From Bacteroidetes bacterium MED-G17 (lineage in GTDB: Bacteria > Bacteroidota > Bacteroidia > NS11-12g > UBA9320), in NCBI GenBank assembly GCA_002457675.1, contig NTKK01000006.1, positions 11,742-75,741 of the forward strand: a stretch of DNA of 64,000 nucleotides, in the 5' to 3' direction. This document shows positions 32,544 to 43,102 of this stretch, one piece after another (the stretch's first letter is position 1; each line of letters opens with the position of its first letter). The position numbers and the translations under genes are program-made. Under the pieces are notes generated by a model. It did no database searches, was not told where the DNA came from, and saw nothing but the letters and a program-made list of their open reading frames with translations.

Positions 32544-33683
32544 TTAATTGAGAGCTTCTTGCTTTTGACTGCTTATTAAAGATACAATATTTTTAGTAGC
32601 TTTAGCTAAATCAAAAATGGAGTTTTTTAGAAATTCTTTTCTTTCTTTAATTTTTTTTGCATCGAAGTTAGCTTGAAAATAAAATTCAATTTGGTCTACA
32701 AAATCAATAGGGCTGCTACAAACAATACACTCTTTGTGTAGCTTGGTGCCTTTGATCATTTTTTCGTTGACCATGCAGAATTTTCCGAGATACAAGCTAT
32801 TTATTAGTTTAAGCTTTACTCCAGTTGCTTGTTCAGTATAAAGAAGATTTATCTGCGCCTGTTGTATTAGTTCGTAAATTTTATCAGAACCTATATTCAC
32901 TTGTAGGCTTACATTGGGCAGTTTATTTACCAAATGCGTTAATTCTTTACTTGGTTTACTGCCCGCGATAATTACGGGAAATTTGATTTTTGAGAAAACT
33001 TCTTTTAGTAAAAATAGAGCAGCTTGGTTGTTTTCTCCAACAGCTAAGTTACCATGATATAAAATAAAATCTCCTTTACCCTCTTTAATTAGAATTTCAT
33101 TATTTATATGGAATGGTGCAATGAATTTTACGTTTGGATGAATTTTCTTGAAGTATAACTCATCTTTTAAAGACAATGGACAAAGTAAATTGGCGTGATG
33201 AATTCTTTTTTGATATTTCTTTAACCTTTCAGACTCAATTCTGAAAAAATATTTTTTAAAAAAGTTTTTTTCCACCCATTCTAGGTGTTTATAGTATTCA
33301 TGTTCAACGTTGTGGGTTCTTAATATTTTATAACGATTTTTTAGTTGAGGATGGTCTAAAAAATAGGTGGTATGCAAACCTTCAAAAAGTATTGGTGCTT
33401 CGTCTTGAAGCAAATTTCTTAAAACATATTTTGAGCTCCTAGTCTCAACGATATAAGGCAAGTTGCTAGTCAAAGGATTCTTGTAAATATTCCTTTTGTA
33501 ATAATAAATTTTATCACACAATTCATCCAACTTTTTTGATCTTTCTCTACCGTATTCAAAGCAGTGTAGTGTGATTTTAAAATTGTTTTTTTTGAGATTT
33601 TTTAACTTGTAATATATATCAATTACTCCTCCATAGTTTGCTGGAAATGGTATATCAAATGCTATGATATGAAGCGTTTTCAA
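32544..33683 (-). CDS. glycosyltransferase family 1 (GT4-like)
   Basis: GT-B fold N-domain and C-terminal E..K-type motif region; 379 aa. Confidence 0.6.
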   Translation of the reverse strand: MKTLHIIAFDIPFPANYGGVIDIYYKLKNLKKNNFKITLHCFEYGRERSKKLDELCDKIYYYKRNIYKNPLTSNLPYIVETRSSKYVLRNLLQDEAPILFEGLHTTYFLDHPQLKNRYKILRTHNVEHEYYKHLEWVEKNFFKKYFFRIESERLKKYQKRIHHANLLCPLSLKDELYFKKIHPNVKFIAPFHINNEILIKEGKGDFILYHGNLAVGENNQAALFLLKEVFSKIKFPVIIAGSKPSKELTHLVNKLPNVSLQVNIGSDKIYELIQQAQINLLYTEQATGVKLKLINSLYLGKFCMVNEKMIKGTKLHKECIVCSSPIDFVDQIEFYFQANFDAKKIKERKEFLKNSIFDLAKATKNIVSLISSQKQEALN

Positions 33684-34759
33684 ATTTCTTTAATCAAAGT
33701 GGTTAATTTAACTTTTTCGTTGCTCCAGTTTAGCTCTTTTGCAGCAATAAAGCAGCTTTCTCTCATTTTTTCTACATTAGCTTGATTGTTAAGCAGGAAG
33801 TTCATGGATTTTGCAATTTCACTAGACGTGTTTTTTGTAGGTATTAAAATTTGAAATTGTTTATTTATCTCTTTATACTCAGGAAATTGACTACCAATGA
33901 TCGGTATTTGGTGGTGAATATAATCGAAAAATTTATTGGCCAATGAGTAATAATAACTTTTACTAGAATTATCCAAAATATTTAAACCTGCATACGCCCT
34001 CAATAGGTGTAAAGAAATTTCTGTTGGTTGCAAATAACCAGTAAAAAATACTTTTTGTTCTAGCTGATTCATTTTTACCATTTCCTCAAGTTTTTTCCTT
34101 AAAGGACCATCGCCTATAATTTGAAGTTGGGCATCAACTTTTTCTATTGCCTTAATACAATTTTCGAGGCCTCTTCCCGGATTTAAGTCACCTAGATAAA
34201 CGAAAATATTTTGGCGAACGTGGTTTTTCTGTTCACTAATTGGCGGGATGTTGCGTATAGTATGAAATTTTGCATTGTATGATTTAGAGAAAATTTCTGC
34301 CAATTTTTGACCTACGGTTAAACAAAGGTCGCTGTTCGCAATGCCCCATTTACCAATTCTATTCCATAAGTATTTCTTAAATTTATTCTTATGCACTTCT
34401 GGAACTTCGGTAAAATATTCATGGGCATCGAAAATCATTTTGTTCTTGAATATTTTGTGGTATAGAGTATTAGCAATGAGGGTGTCAAAATCAACTGCAT
34501 AGAGGATATCAGGACGTAACTTTACAAGTTTTACAAAAAAACGAATGTTTATTTCTAAGTAAAACAAGAAAGAATTTTGAAATATGGGTTTAACTCTTTT
34601 TTGGTTATAATTTTTTAGGCGAATGCACTGGGCATCAATTTTTTGAACGCCAAGAAGAAATACTTGAAAACCTCCTTCTATAAGGGCATCAGATATTCTA
34701 TGCATTCTTCTGTCTCTAAGAAGATCGTTACTAACCGTTATACTTAACACTTTGCCCAC
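33680..34759 (-). CDS. glycosyltransferase family 1 (GT4-like)
   Basis: 359 aa; GT1/GT4 C-domain pattern (GDGP...FTGY); overlaps its neighbour by 4 nt. Confidence 0.6.
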   Translation of the reverse strand: MGKVLSITVSNDLLRDRRMHRISDALIEGGFQVFLLGVQKIDAQCIRLKNYNQKRVKPIFQNSFLFYLEINIRFFVKLVKLRPDILYAVDFDTLIANTLYHKIFKNKMIFDAHEYFTEVPEVHKNKFKKYLWNRIGKWGIANSDLCLTVGQKLAEIFSKSYNAKFHTIRNIPPISEQKNHVRQNIFVYLGDLNPGRGLENCIKAIEKVDAQLQIIGDGPLRKKLEEMVKMNQLEQKVFFTGYLQPTEISLHLLRAYAGLNILDNSSKSYYYSLANKFFDYIHHQIPIIGSQFPEYKEINKQFQILIPTKNTSSEIAKSMNFLLNNQANVEKMRESCFIAAKELNWSNEKVKLTTLIKEI

Positions 34760-36393
34760 TGATATTCCATATTTTTATTTAAGGCAATATGCCCTTCACT
34801 TTCTAAATCTCTTAAAATATCTTTCAATACTTTTCCTTTTACCAATGGAAATAATCTTTGGATTTCTTCATGTGATTTAGGATGTAGCAATACTTTTTCC
34901 AGCGTAATTAAGCTAGGTGTTTCTGTTTTCTGCTTATCTACACAAATGTCGCAAATCATGCAATCCGCAGTCATTTTTTGATTAAAATATGCCAAAATTA
35001 TTTTATTTCTGCATTGGTACTGGTTGTTAAGATACTCAGCCATTCTATCTAATTTTTGTTTTTTTTCTCTATTGATTTGGAGATACGCTTTGAAATTAAA
35101 ATTTGGTTTTGGCTTTCTATCTTCTAAAAAATCTATAAGTAAGCTACTTTCTTTTTTTGTTTCTATTAGTTTGAAAATTAAGTGATTATTGATTTCTAAC
35201 CATCTTAGGGCTTTTAAAACTTTGCTGTTGAAGAAGCCAAATTTTTCAGAGAATTCATCAAGGTTTATTTTGAAGTTGAGATTTTTCCCTTGGTGGTTGG
35301 CAATACCATTATAATTGAACAGCGCGTGGTAAATTTTACTTATTTCAGCTAGCACTAAATTACCATCTTGGGAAATTTTCTTTTGCTCTTTGAACTCATT
35401 GATCTTTTGAAAAACTACACAATATGCTTGTTTCCCGTCTCTACCAGCACGTCCTGCTTCTTGGTAATATGACTCTATGTCCTGCGGTGCTTGATAATGA
35501 AGCACAAAACGTACATCAGGTTTGTCAATCCCCATTCCAAAGGCGTTGGTACAAACCAATACTTTGTATTGATTTTTCAACCACCTTGTCAATATTTTTT
35601 GTCTTTGAATGGAATCCAATCCAGCATGATAGAAGTTGGAGCTTATGCCATTTACCTCTAGAAGTTGACTAAGTTCTTCTGTTTTTGCACGTTTATTAAC
35701 ATAGATTAACCCTATACCTTTTAGTTTCTTGATATACCATAATATTCTTTCGCTTTTGTCATTGGTTGTCTCAACACCAAATTTAAGATTGGGTCGAAAG
35801 AAGGTATTGGTAAACAGATTTACTTCCTTTAATTCTAATTGTTCAGTTATATCTGTACACACTTTTGATGTTGCTGAAGCGGTTAAAGCAATGCAAGGGC
35901 AGTTTTCTAATTTCCTTCTAAATGTTTTGATTTTCCGATAGCTTGGGCGAAAATCGTGACCCCATTGAGAAATGCAGTGCGCTTCGTCAATGGCAAGAAG
36001 CTTTGGAGGAGTATTTTTGGCAAACTCTTGAAATAATTTATTTTCTAATCTTTCAGGAGAAATATAAACCAAAGTGTACTTGCCATATTTGATATTTTCC
36101 AATTCTTGTTGGTATTTCTTTTGTCCCAAATTCGCATGCAAATAGATAGCTTTAATCCCTTTTGAATGTAAATATGCTACCTGGTTTTGCATAAGGGCAA
36201 TAAGAGGTGAAACGACCAATGTATAGCCGCTAAACATTAAGGCAGGTATTTGATAACAGATAGATTTACCTCCGCCAGTAGGAAGTAAAGCCACAGTATC
36301 TCTTTTCTCAAGAATAGACTTTATAATATCTTCTTGCAGTGGTCTAAAGGCTTCGTATGACCAATGTTTATGTAATATTTCTAAGGCTGTCAC
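34744..36393 (-). CDS. recQ: RecQ family ATP-dependent DNA helicase (short form, no HRDC)
   Basis: FRPLQ, LLPTGGGKSICYQIPAL, DEAHCISQWGHDFRP, Zn-binding C4 (CDICVD). Confidence 0.85.
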   Translation of the reverse strand: MTALEILHKHWSYEAFRPLQEDIIKSILEKRDTVALLPTGGGKSICYQIPALMFSGYTLVVSPLIALMQNQVAYLHSKGIKAIYLHANLGQKKYQQELENIKYGKYTLVYISPERLENKLFQEFAKNTPPKLLAIDEAHCISQWGHDFRPSYRKIKTFRRKLENCPCIALTASATSKVCTDITEQLELKEVNLFTNTFFRPNLKFGVETTNDKSERILWYIKKLKGIGLIYVNKRAKTEELSQLLEVNGISSNFYHAGLDSIQRQKILTRWLKNQYKVLVCTNAFGMGIDKPDVRFVLHYQAPQDIESYYQEAGRAGRDGKQAYCVVFQKINEFKEQKKISQDGNLVLAEISKIYHALFNYNGIANHQGKNLNFKINLDEFSEKFGFFNSKVLKALRWLEINNHLIFKLIETKKESSLLIDFLEDRKPKPNFNFKAYLQINREKKQKLDRMAEYLNNQYQCRNKIILAYFNQKMTADCMICDICVDKQKTETPSLITLEKVLLHPKSHEEIQRLFPLVKGKVLKDILRDLESEGHIALNKNMEYQWAKC

Positions 36394-36629
36394 CGAGTAG
36401 AAATATCGTCAAGAATAGAGGCAAGTTGATGGTCTTTTTCGGTAACAATTCCGCCAGCATCATGCGTGTTTAATTTTACATGAATTGTGTTATATATATT
36501 CGTCCATTCAGGATGGTGATTTAGCTGATCTATTTTTTTTGCAGCTTTTTGCATCCAATTCATAGCATCTTCAAAAGATTTAAAGACAAATGTCTTGGTC
36601 AAAGAGTCATTTGATTCTTTCCAACTCAT
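36390..36629 (-). CDS. phhB: 4a-hydroxytetrahydrobiopterin dehydratase (pterin-4a-carbinolamine dehydratase)
   Basis: 79 aa; ...HHPEW...H.AGG pattern. Confidence 0.8.
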   Translation of the reverse strand: MSWKESNDSLTKTFVFKSFEDAMNWMQKAAKKIDQLNHHPEWTNIYNTIHVKLNTHDAGGIVTEKDHQLASILDDISTR

Positions 36630-38332
36630 CTAGCAATAATAATTTTTTTGTTAATGATTTTGCCATAGTTTAACTGAAGAATATACAAACCTTTTGGCAA
36701 AGTTGAATGTATAAGCATCTGCCCAGAATTGGATTTGAATTCAGCAACTTTGGCTCCATTTGTACAGAAAATAGACGCAGAAAATTCGGTTGGAAATGGG
36801 AATATTATCTCCAAAGGAGCCTGTTTAAATGCAAATCCATATGTGTTTTTAAATATTGGATTATTGTCAATGTTGATTGGCATTACAACAGGGATTTCTG
36901 GTAGTATACCTTGTTCAAAAAAAGCTTTCCAAATAATATTGCTATACTCAGCATCATAAAATTGGGTATCTAGTTTTAAAATGATTTTTGCCATTTCTGG
37001 CATTTTCGTATTGGGCATTTGAAAAAATAAATGAGACAAAATCAATCTGTCTGTTTTTTCTTTTCCTATTTTTTCCCAAATTTTCATTAGGGGTGTGCTC
37101 CAAATTTCACGATTGTTATTTGAACTTGCTGTCAAATCATTTGGATAGACTTTCTGCGAGTTTATGTTGAACCCCGGCCAAAATTCATTGTGTCCATCCC
37201 AAGAAAATACTTTATAGCTATTTACAGAGCCAGTAAAAGATCTGCTGTAGCTTTTTGTCAAATAATCTGCATTCCCTTCTTCCATAGCCAATCTTTCGAC
37301 CCCAGAAGTTGTATTTGGCGACGCTTTTGTAGATAATGAATGGGCATATTCATGTATAACAACTTCTCCGTCCTCTGCATCGTCAACATTGCCAATGCCA
37401 AACTGGAGTTCTCTTTTATTGATATCAAAAAAGGAATTATCACCTTCAATTCTTGGATCAATTACCAAGGTATCGAGAAGATTAAAGAACTGAAGTTTTT
37501 GGATATAATTGGCGTAATTACTCAAGTGAAAATAACAATTGACAAACTCAAAATTGGGGTTTGATCTTTCAAAAAAGAAAGAATCATTTTTGCTTTTGGG
37601 TGTCTTTTGTATTGGGTCACTTAGTTCGCTAAACCTGAATAGGTTATTTTGTAAAACAAATGAGTCAGATTCCAGGGAGAGGTTGATTTTTTTCCAACTT
37701 AACTCTTTACTTAAATAAGAGCTATTGGCATCCGCATTATCAACAAATGGTGGGCCATAAGAGACACCTGCAGAATTTACGGGGTTGACCAAAAACACTT
37801 TTACATTTGCTTGCGTATCCCTTGAATTAAGGTCATAGAGATACAATTTCCCTGAATTTCGATACAAAATTTCTCCACTTTTGGATCTAATCTCTGTCCC
37901 ATTTTGTGTTCTCTTTTTATTTGCATAAATCAAGCCATTTTTTGTATTTGTAAGAATGTTTGCTCCTTTAAAAAGGCTGTTTCTTGGCCTTGAATCTGAA
38001 AGGTGTGCTTGTTTATGAAAAAGTTCACCAAATTTATTGAAGTGTGCTTTTAGGATCGCATTTTCTATTGGTATCCCATTGTAAAATTGTTGATAGGTAA
38101 GATGAAAACCTATCGGGCTTTTTTGGATACTGCTTAGTTCTAGTTCGCCTTTTGGAACAATTGGGCTACTTCTTAAGCACATTGAGATATTCTCTGGAAT
38201 TCCTATTTTATTGATATCTTTTGTTAGTTCTACCAGTAAGTCAATTTCCTCGGTTTGGGTAATAGATTCTTGCGCTACCAAATCAATTTGTAGGAAAAAA
38301 AAACAGATCGATGTAATAAGAAATGATTTCAA
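36626..38332 (-). CDS. secreted zinc metallopeptidase-like protein (HExxH) with T9SS C-terminal sorting domain
   Basis: Signal peptide; VVIHEYAHSL zinc motif with a downstream EEGNADY; C-terminal T9SS CTD (GLYILQLNYGKIINKKIIIAR). Confidence 0.55.
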   Translation of the reverse strand: MKSFLITSICFFFLQIDLVAQESITQTEEIDLLVELTKDINKIGIPENISMCLRSSPIVPKGELELSSIQKSPIGFHLTYQQFYNGIPIENAILKAHFNKFGELFHKQAHLSDSRPRNSLFKGANILTNTKNGLIYANKKRTQNGTEIRSKSGEILYRNSGKLYLYDLNSRDTQANVKVFLVNPVNSAGVSYGPPFVDNADANSSYLSKELSWKKINLSLESDSFVLQNNLFRFSELSDPIQKTPKSKNDSFFFERSNPNFEFVNCYFHLSNYANYIQKLQFFNLLDTLVIDPRIEGDNSFFDINKRELQFGIGNVDDAEDGEVVIHEYAHSLSTKASPNTTSGVERLAMEEGNADYLTKSYSRSFTGSVNSYKVFSWDGHNEFWPGFNINSQKVYPNDLTASSNNNREIWSTPLMKIWEKIGKEKTDRLILSHLFFQMPNTKMPEMAKIILKLDTQFYDAEYSNIIWKAFFEQGILPEIPVVMPINIDNNPIFKNTYGFAFKQAPLEIIFPFPTEFSASIFCTNGAKVAEFKSNSGQMLIHSTLPKGLYILQLNYGKIINKKIIIAR

Positions 38333-38367
38333 CTGGTCTAACCAAAGATATGTTTTTTTTGATCAAG

Positions 38368-39228
38368 TTAAGCTATTTGACTCCCAATAGCCATGATTCC
38401 AATGGCAAATAGTGCCAGCAAAACTCCCCAATAATTTGAAGAATAAAGTTTTTCTTTGAAGAGTAAGGACGCCATAAACCCCACTAAAATCACCCCCATA
38501 TTATTAATTGGAAATAAAATGGAGGATGGGAAAGGTGCACTCCGTAGACTTAGGAATAGGAAATATATAGAAAAGAAATTTGGGATGCCTAATAAAATGC
38601 CCCAAAAAACTGTTGATTTTTTTTTTGCATCTGTACGACTTGATTTGAATAAGGAGGGGAGGCCCCAAAAAGCAGCAGAACCAAAAATAAACAAAGTAGG
38701 CAACATGAAATTTGTATTATTGGTAAAAAAATGGGTCTCTAAAAATGTTATTCCAACATCAATTGTCCCTGATAAAAAGAAAACTGCAATTAGAAGCAAA
38801 GTGCCTTCTCTAAATGATGACTTTTTAGGACTTTTGGTAATTAAGTAAACACTCAACAAACATGAAAAAATCCCTAGAATAATTAACCAATTTACTCGCT
38901 CTCCCAATATAATCAGGCCATAACTTACAGGAAAAATCAAACTCATTTTATTTGAAATAACCATGGCTGATATACCTGATTTCTTTGTTGCCTGTGCCAT
39001 TAATTCTAGCGTGACAATGAATAGAAGTCCCATAATTAGGGTTACAATCATCCAATTTTTCAGAGGTAATTTTTGGAGTTCATTAAAAGTTAAGACAACA
39101 CCTAAAATGGTGCATGTAAGGTAATTGACAAATATTGCTTTTTTTATTTCGACATTTTTTTTCTCAAAGAATTTAAAAAATATACCTAACGAACCTGAAC
39201 ATAGTATACTTGCTAGGAGATATATCAT
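38368..39228 (-). CDS. polytopic membrane protein, DMT/EamA-like (hypothetical)
   Basis: About 10 TM segments, 286 aa. Confidence 0.4.
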   Translation of the reverse strand: MIYLLASILCSGSLGIFFKFFEKKNVEIKKAIFVNYLTCTILGVVLTFNELQKLPLKNWMIVTLIMGLLFIVTLELMAQATKKSGISAMVISNKMSLIFPVSYGLIILGERVNWLIILGIFSCLLSVYLITKSPKKSSFREGTLLLIAVFFLSGTIDVGITFLETHFFTNNTNFMLPTLFIFGSAAFWGLPSLFKSSRTDAKKKSTVFWGILLGIPNFFSIYFLFLSLRSAPFPSSILFPINNMGVILVGFMASLLFKEKLYSSNYWGVLLALFAIGIMAIGSQIA

Positions 39229-40211
39229 AAGGCTAAGATATGATTGATATAATTGTCCCCGATTGTATAGGTACCTATTTGTTCTCCGACAATACGTGGG
39301 GATTTTAGTCCTTCAATTATTTTGTTTTCAGACTTGATTATGAATGCTTCATCCCACAGACTTTTTTCAATAAACTTGCTAATGGTATAAGGACCTCCCT
39401 CTACCAAAAAAGTGTAAATATTATTCTCTTCTGCAATTTGAAAAATACTTTGTATTAAATTGTTTTCTCTAGATTGAATGACAAAGGGTGGTTTGGCTGA
39501 TTGAAAAATATTATATGATTTATTTACTTTTTTCTCAGGGTCCAAAACAAAAATTTGTGGAGACTTTCCATGCCAAAAGCGCGTATTTAAAAGAGGATTG
39601 TCATCTATTATAGTATTGCTACCAACCAATATCGCATCAACTTCACTGCGTAATTTATGTACCAAAATTTGAGATATCTCGTTTGATATTTTCTTGTATT
39701 TATCGACACTTGGCGCCATTATGCCATCGAAAGATTCGGCCCATTTTAGTATAACATAAGGTCTTTTTTTACTCAAATAGTGTAGGAATTGACGATTGTA
39801 CAATTCACATTTTTTTTGATTTACAGGTACAATGACCTCTATGTTGTTCTGCTTCAATTTTTCAATACCCTTCCCTGCTACCAATTGATTTGGATCTTTC
39901 ATGCCAATAACCACTTTTTTGATAGTAGATTTTATAATGGCTTCGCAACATGGTGGGGTTTTCCCAAAATGGCTACATGGTTCTAAATTAACATACATAG
40001 TACATTCACTTAAATCCGTTTCTTCTGGCACCTTATTTAATGCATTAATTTCAGCGTGTGCATGACCATATTCTTCATGATAACCTTCAGCTATTATTGT
40101 ATTTTGTTGGTTCACAATTACACATCCAACAAGGGGATTAGGTGTTGTTTTTCCTCTTCCCTGCTCTGCTAGTTGAAGGCATCGATTAATATATGTTGAA
40201 TGTGCAGTCAA
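39225..40211 (-). CDS. ribD: riboflavin biosynthesis protein RibD (deaminase/reductase)
   Basis: CMP/dCMP deaminase motif HAEINAL, PCxxC zinc ligands, C-terminal reductase domain. Confidence 0.9.
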   Translation of the reverse strand: MTAHSTYINRCLQLAEQGRGKTTPNPLVGCVIVNQQNTIIAEGYHEEYGHAHAEINALNKVPEETDLSECTMYVNLEPCSHFGKTPPCCEAIIKSTIKKVVIGMKDPNQLVAGKGIEKLKQNNIEVIVPVNQKKCELYNRQFLHYLSKKRPYVILKWAESFDGIMAPSVDKYKKISNEISQILVHKLRSEVDAILVGSNTIIDDNPLLNTRFWHGKSPQIFVLDPEKKVNKSYNIFQSAKPPFVIQSRENNLIQSIFQIAEENNIYTFLVEGGPYTISKFIEKSLWDEAFIIKSENKIIEGLKSPRIVGEQIGTYTIGDNYINHILAL

Positions 40212-41083
40212 AATTTCAAAGTAAGCTAAATTTGGTGCAAATTTTGAGATACATTGATTTTCAAAAAAAGTTGTTTAATACGTTATCAGCAAACTATTCT
40301 TTGTCAGAATGTACGCGTATTTTTTTCTCGCTTCTCGAGGAAATTGAGTCCACCCCCAAATACAAAGTTGTATTAAATTGGGAAGGAGAGGTTGCTTTTG
40401 AACAAAAATTATTGTCTCATTTAGCTAGCCTGAAACAAGGTTTTCCATTGCAATATGTGCTGGGTTCAACGTGGTTTTATGGTATAAAAATTTTGCTAAA
40501 TAAAAATGTATTAATTCCAAGGCCAGAAACAGAAGAATTGGTGCAAAAAGTTCTTCAAAAGATTAAAAATATAGAACAAAATCAGGTGTTGGATATTGGT
40601 ACTGGAAGTGGTTGTATCGCTGTAGCGATAAAAAAAAGTATGCCATTGTTGAAAGTTTTTGCATTAGATGTATCAGAAAAAGCTATCAAACTAGCTCGTC
40701 AAAATGCTAGGAGCAATGGTGTCAATATAAATTGTATAAAGCTTGATATTTTAGATGTTGATGCCTGGAAAAGAATTCCCGAAAAGATCAACATTATAGT
40801 AAGTAATCCTCCGTACATCGCCAATCCAAAAGAAATAGATAATAAAGTGTTTTTGAATGAACCTCATTTGGCATTATTAACACCGCCAAACGATCCCTTC
40901 ATTTTTTACAGAAAAATTGTAGAATTGGCCAAAAACAAAAAAACGGTAAGAAAAATATTTTTTGAAATCCACGAAAATTATTCGGAGGAGCTGGTGAGAA
41001 AAGACTTCATGCTTAGACTCAAGAAAGAAGTAGTGAAAGATCTTCAAGGCAAAGATCGATTTTTATTTATTTCGTTGGATTAA
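40193..41083 (+). CDS. prmC: release factor glutamine N5-methyltransferase PrmC/HemK
   Basis: VSNPPYI motif; SAM motif DIGTGSGCIA. The annotated start overlaps the divergent ribD start by 19 nt. Confidence 0.85.
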   Translation: MLNVQSKFQSKLNLVQILRYIDFQKKLFNTLSANYSLSECTRIFFSLLEEIESTPKYKVVLNWEGEVAFEQKLLSHLASLKQGFPLQYVLGSTWFYGIKILLNKNVLIPRPETEELVQKVLQKIKNIEQNQVLDIGTGSGCIAVAIKKSMPLLKVFALDVSEKAIKLARQNARSNGVNINCIKLDILDVDAWKRIPEKINIIVSNPPYIANPKEIDNKVFLNEPHLALLTPPNDPFIFYRKIVELAKNKKTVRKIFFEIHENYSEELVRKDFMLRLKKEVVKDLQGKDRFLFISLD

Positions 41084-41876
41084 ACTTCTCCAATCCCAAA
41101 CCAAAAAGAGCAAAATCATATTTAATGGGATCTATTGGGTCAAACTGTATTAAAGCTTTAGTTAGTTCTTCTGTTGACTTCCAATCATTTTGTTTTCGGT
41201 GTAACAAATTTAGTCTTCTAGCGGTATTGCCAACATGCACATCTAGTGGGCAGAATAAGTCACTTGGTTTTAGAATAGACCACAAACCAAAATCTACATT
41301 TTGTTCATCTTTTCTTACCATCCAACGCAAAAACATGTTCAAACGTTTGCAAGCTGATCCTGATTTGGGCGACGAAATGTGTTTCCCATTTCGGTTTTGA
41401 AACAAAGGGTCTGTTGTGAAAAATTGACGCAGTTTATGGAGCCCCTCTTCAACGCCATTTGAAAAAAAATGTTGAATACTTCCCAATTCAGAGTAGATTC
41501 TTCTCAAGATATGTATTGTAAAAAGCAGGTCTGTATCGTTATAAGTTCTGTGCACAAAACCTTCCATAATTTTCAAATCACTGGATTTATGGTGCATAAT
41601 AAATTGGTAAGGGGTATTTCCCATTCTATTCATTAAATCTTTGCTTTTTTTGATGATTGTTTTTCTCTGACCCCAAGCAAAAATGGCGGCAAAAAAACCT
41701 GCAATTTCGATATCTTCTTTTTTTGAATATAGTCGAGGTATTTTAATGGGGTCGTCTTTCAAAAAATCTTGTTGATTGTATTGTAAGACCTTTTGCTCAA
41801 GAAGTTCTTTAATTTTATTCAGGGATAAACCGGTTTTTATATTTTGATGATAGTCCTCAACATAGTTTCTTAGCAT
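41067..41876 (-). CDS. TIGR02757/DUF2400-like conserved hypothetical protein
   Basis: Trimmed to the internal ATG (41874-41876) to remove a 40-nt overlap with the upstream Ldh-family gene. Family call from memory. Confidence 0.4.
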   Translation of the reverse strand: MLRNYVEDYHQNIKTGLSLNKIKELLEQKVLQYNQQDFLKDDPIKIPRLYSKKEDIEIAGFFAAIFAWGQRKTIIKKSKDLMNRMGNTPYQFIMHHKSSDLKIMEGFVHRTYNDTDLLFTIHILRRIYSELGSIQHFFSNGVEEGLHKLRQFFTTDPLFQNRNGKHISSPKSGSACKRLNMFLRWMVRKDEQNVDFGLWSILKPSDLFCPLDVHVGNTARRLNLLHRKQNDWKSTEELTKALIQFDPIDPIKYDFALFGLGLEKFNPTK

Positions 41877-41916
41877 AATTTGCACATTAAACTTTTGGAA
41901 TTCGATTTCATAGTTG

Positions 41917-43014
41917 TTAAAAAAAATCCTTTGCCGAAATGTTTGATTGATCCGCAATATTTAATAAATCTTCAAGTACTTTTTGGTTCAAGGGTATGCC
42001 TTCTATACTTCTTTTTTGAAACGTTTTATGCTCAGGTTCTCCCGGAATTAATACTGGATTTTCAGGGTTTATAGCTTTTGTTTGTTTGAACCTTTTTGTC
42101 CACAAATCTATATTGGAAAAATAGTCTTTTTCTTCACAAAACCCCTGTATTGAAAAAGCGCCAAAAAAATGACCTATTCCTTTTCCAGGTGGGTTCTTTA
42201 AAGGCTCCTTAAAAGAGACAAATGGTGGGACCCAAGGGCCAAAGTTTGCTCCACTTAATACCCCGGAAAAAATATCTACTGAAGCGGCAAGTCCATATCC
42301 TTTGTGGCTGCCTAAGTTGCGGGAGCTTCCTAGAGGCAGTAGCTGACCGTTATCTTTCAGTATGTGCGGGTTTTTTGAATCATTTCCATGTGAATCTTGC
42401 GCCCATCCTGAAGGTATTTCTTTATCTGATCTTTGGGCAATTTGCAGTTTCCCATTGGCTGCTGCACTGGTGGCCATATCAACAACTATAGGTTCGTTTT
42501 TACTAGGAAAAGCATAGCAGATTGGATTTGTTCCCAACATAGCTTCTTTTCCAAAAGTTGGTGCGACTAAAGGGCTCGCATTGGTCATTGAGCAGCCAAT
42601 TAAGTTTTGTTCAGTTGCAAGAAGAGCATGGTATGCAGCTATACCAAAGTGATTAGAATTCATTACACTCACCTGACCAGAACCTGTGATTTTTGCTTTT
42701 TCTATTGCAATTTCCATTGCTTTGGGGCCTACGACTAAGCCCAAACCAGCATCGCCATCGAGAGTGCAAGTCGATAACATTTCTTTTTTAATTTTAATAT
42801 TGGGTTTGGGATTAACTCTCCCTTCATTAATTAACCTTAGGTAGCCAGAAAGTCTTGCTACTCCATGGCTGTCAATACCCCTTAAATCCGAACTAATAAG
42901 CACTTTTGCAGCAAGCTCAGCTTCATTTATTTTGAAGGATTTTTTAAGAAATACAAGCTTGCAAAATTCAAAAAGATGATGATGTCGAACAGAGTGCATA
43001 AGCTTAAGTTGCAT
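41917..43014 (-). CDS. Ldh_2 family (malate/L-lactate/sulfolactate dehydrogenase-like) oxidoreductase
   Basis: ...SDLRGIDSHGVARL...HKGYGLA... signature of the type-2 malate/L-lactate dehydrogenase family. Confidence 0.75.
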   Translation of the reverse strand: MQLKLMHSVRHHHLFEFCKLVFLKKSFKINEAELAAKVLISSDLRGIDSHGVARLSGYLRLINEGRVNPKPNIKIKKEMLSTCTLDGDAGLGLVVGPKAMEIAIEKAKITGSGQVSVMNSNHFGIAAYHALLATEQNLIGCSMTNASPLVAPTFGKEAMLGTNPICYAFPSKNEPIVVDMATSAAANGKLQIAQRSDKEIPSGWAQDSHGNDSKNPHILKDNGQLLPLGSSRNLGSHKGYGLAASVDIFSGVLSGANFGPWVPPFVSFKEPLKNPPGKGIGHFFGAFSIQGFCEEKDYFSNIDLWTKRFKQTKAINPENPVLIPGEPEHKTFQKRSIEGIPLNQKVLEDLLNIADQSNISAKDFF

Positions 43015-43102
43015 AATTAAGTTATGTCACTCATATTTTGATGATTTATTTTGTTTTAATGCAAATTTGATATTACTTTTACAAATCGTACATTACTCAC
43101 CT

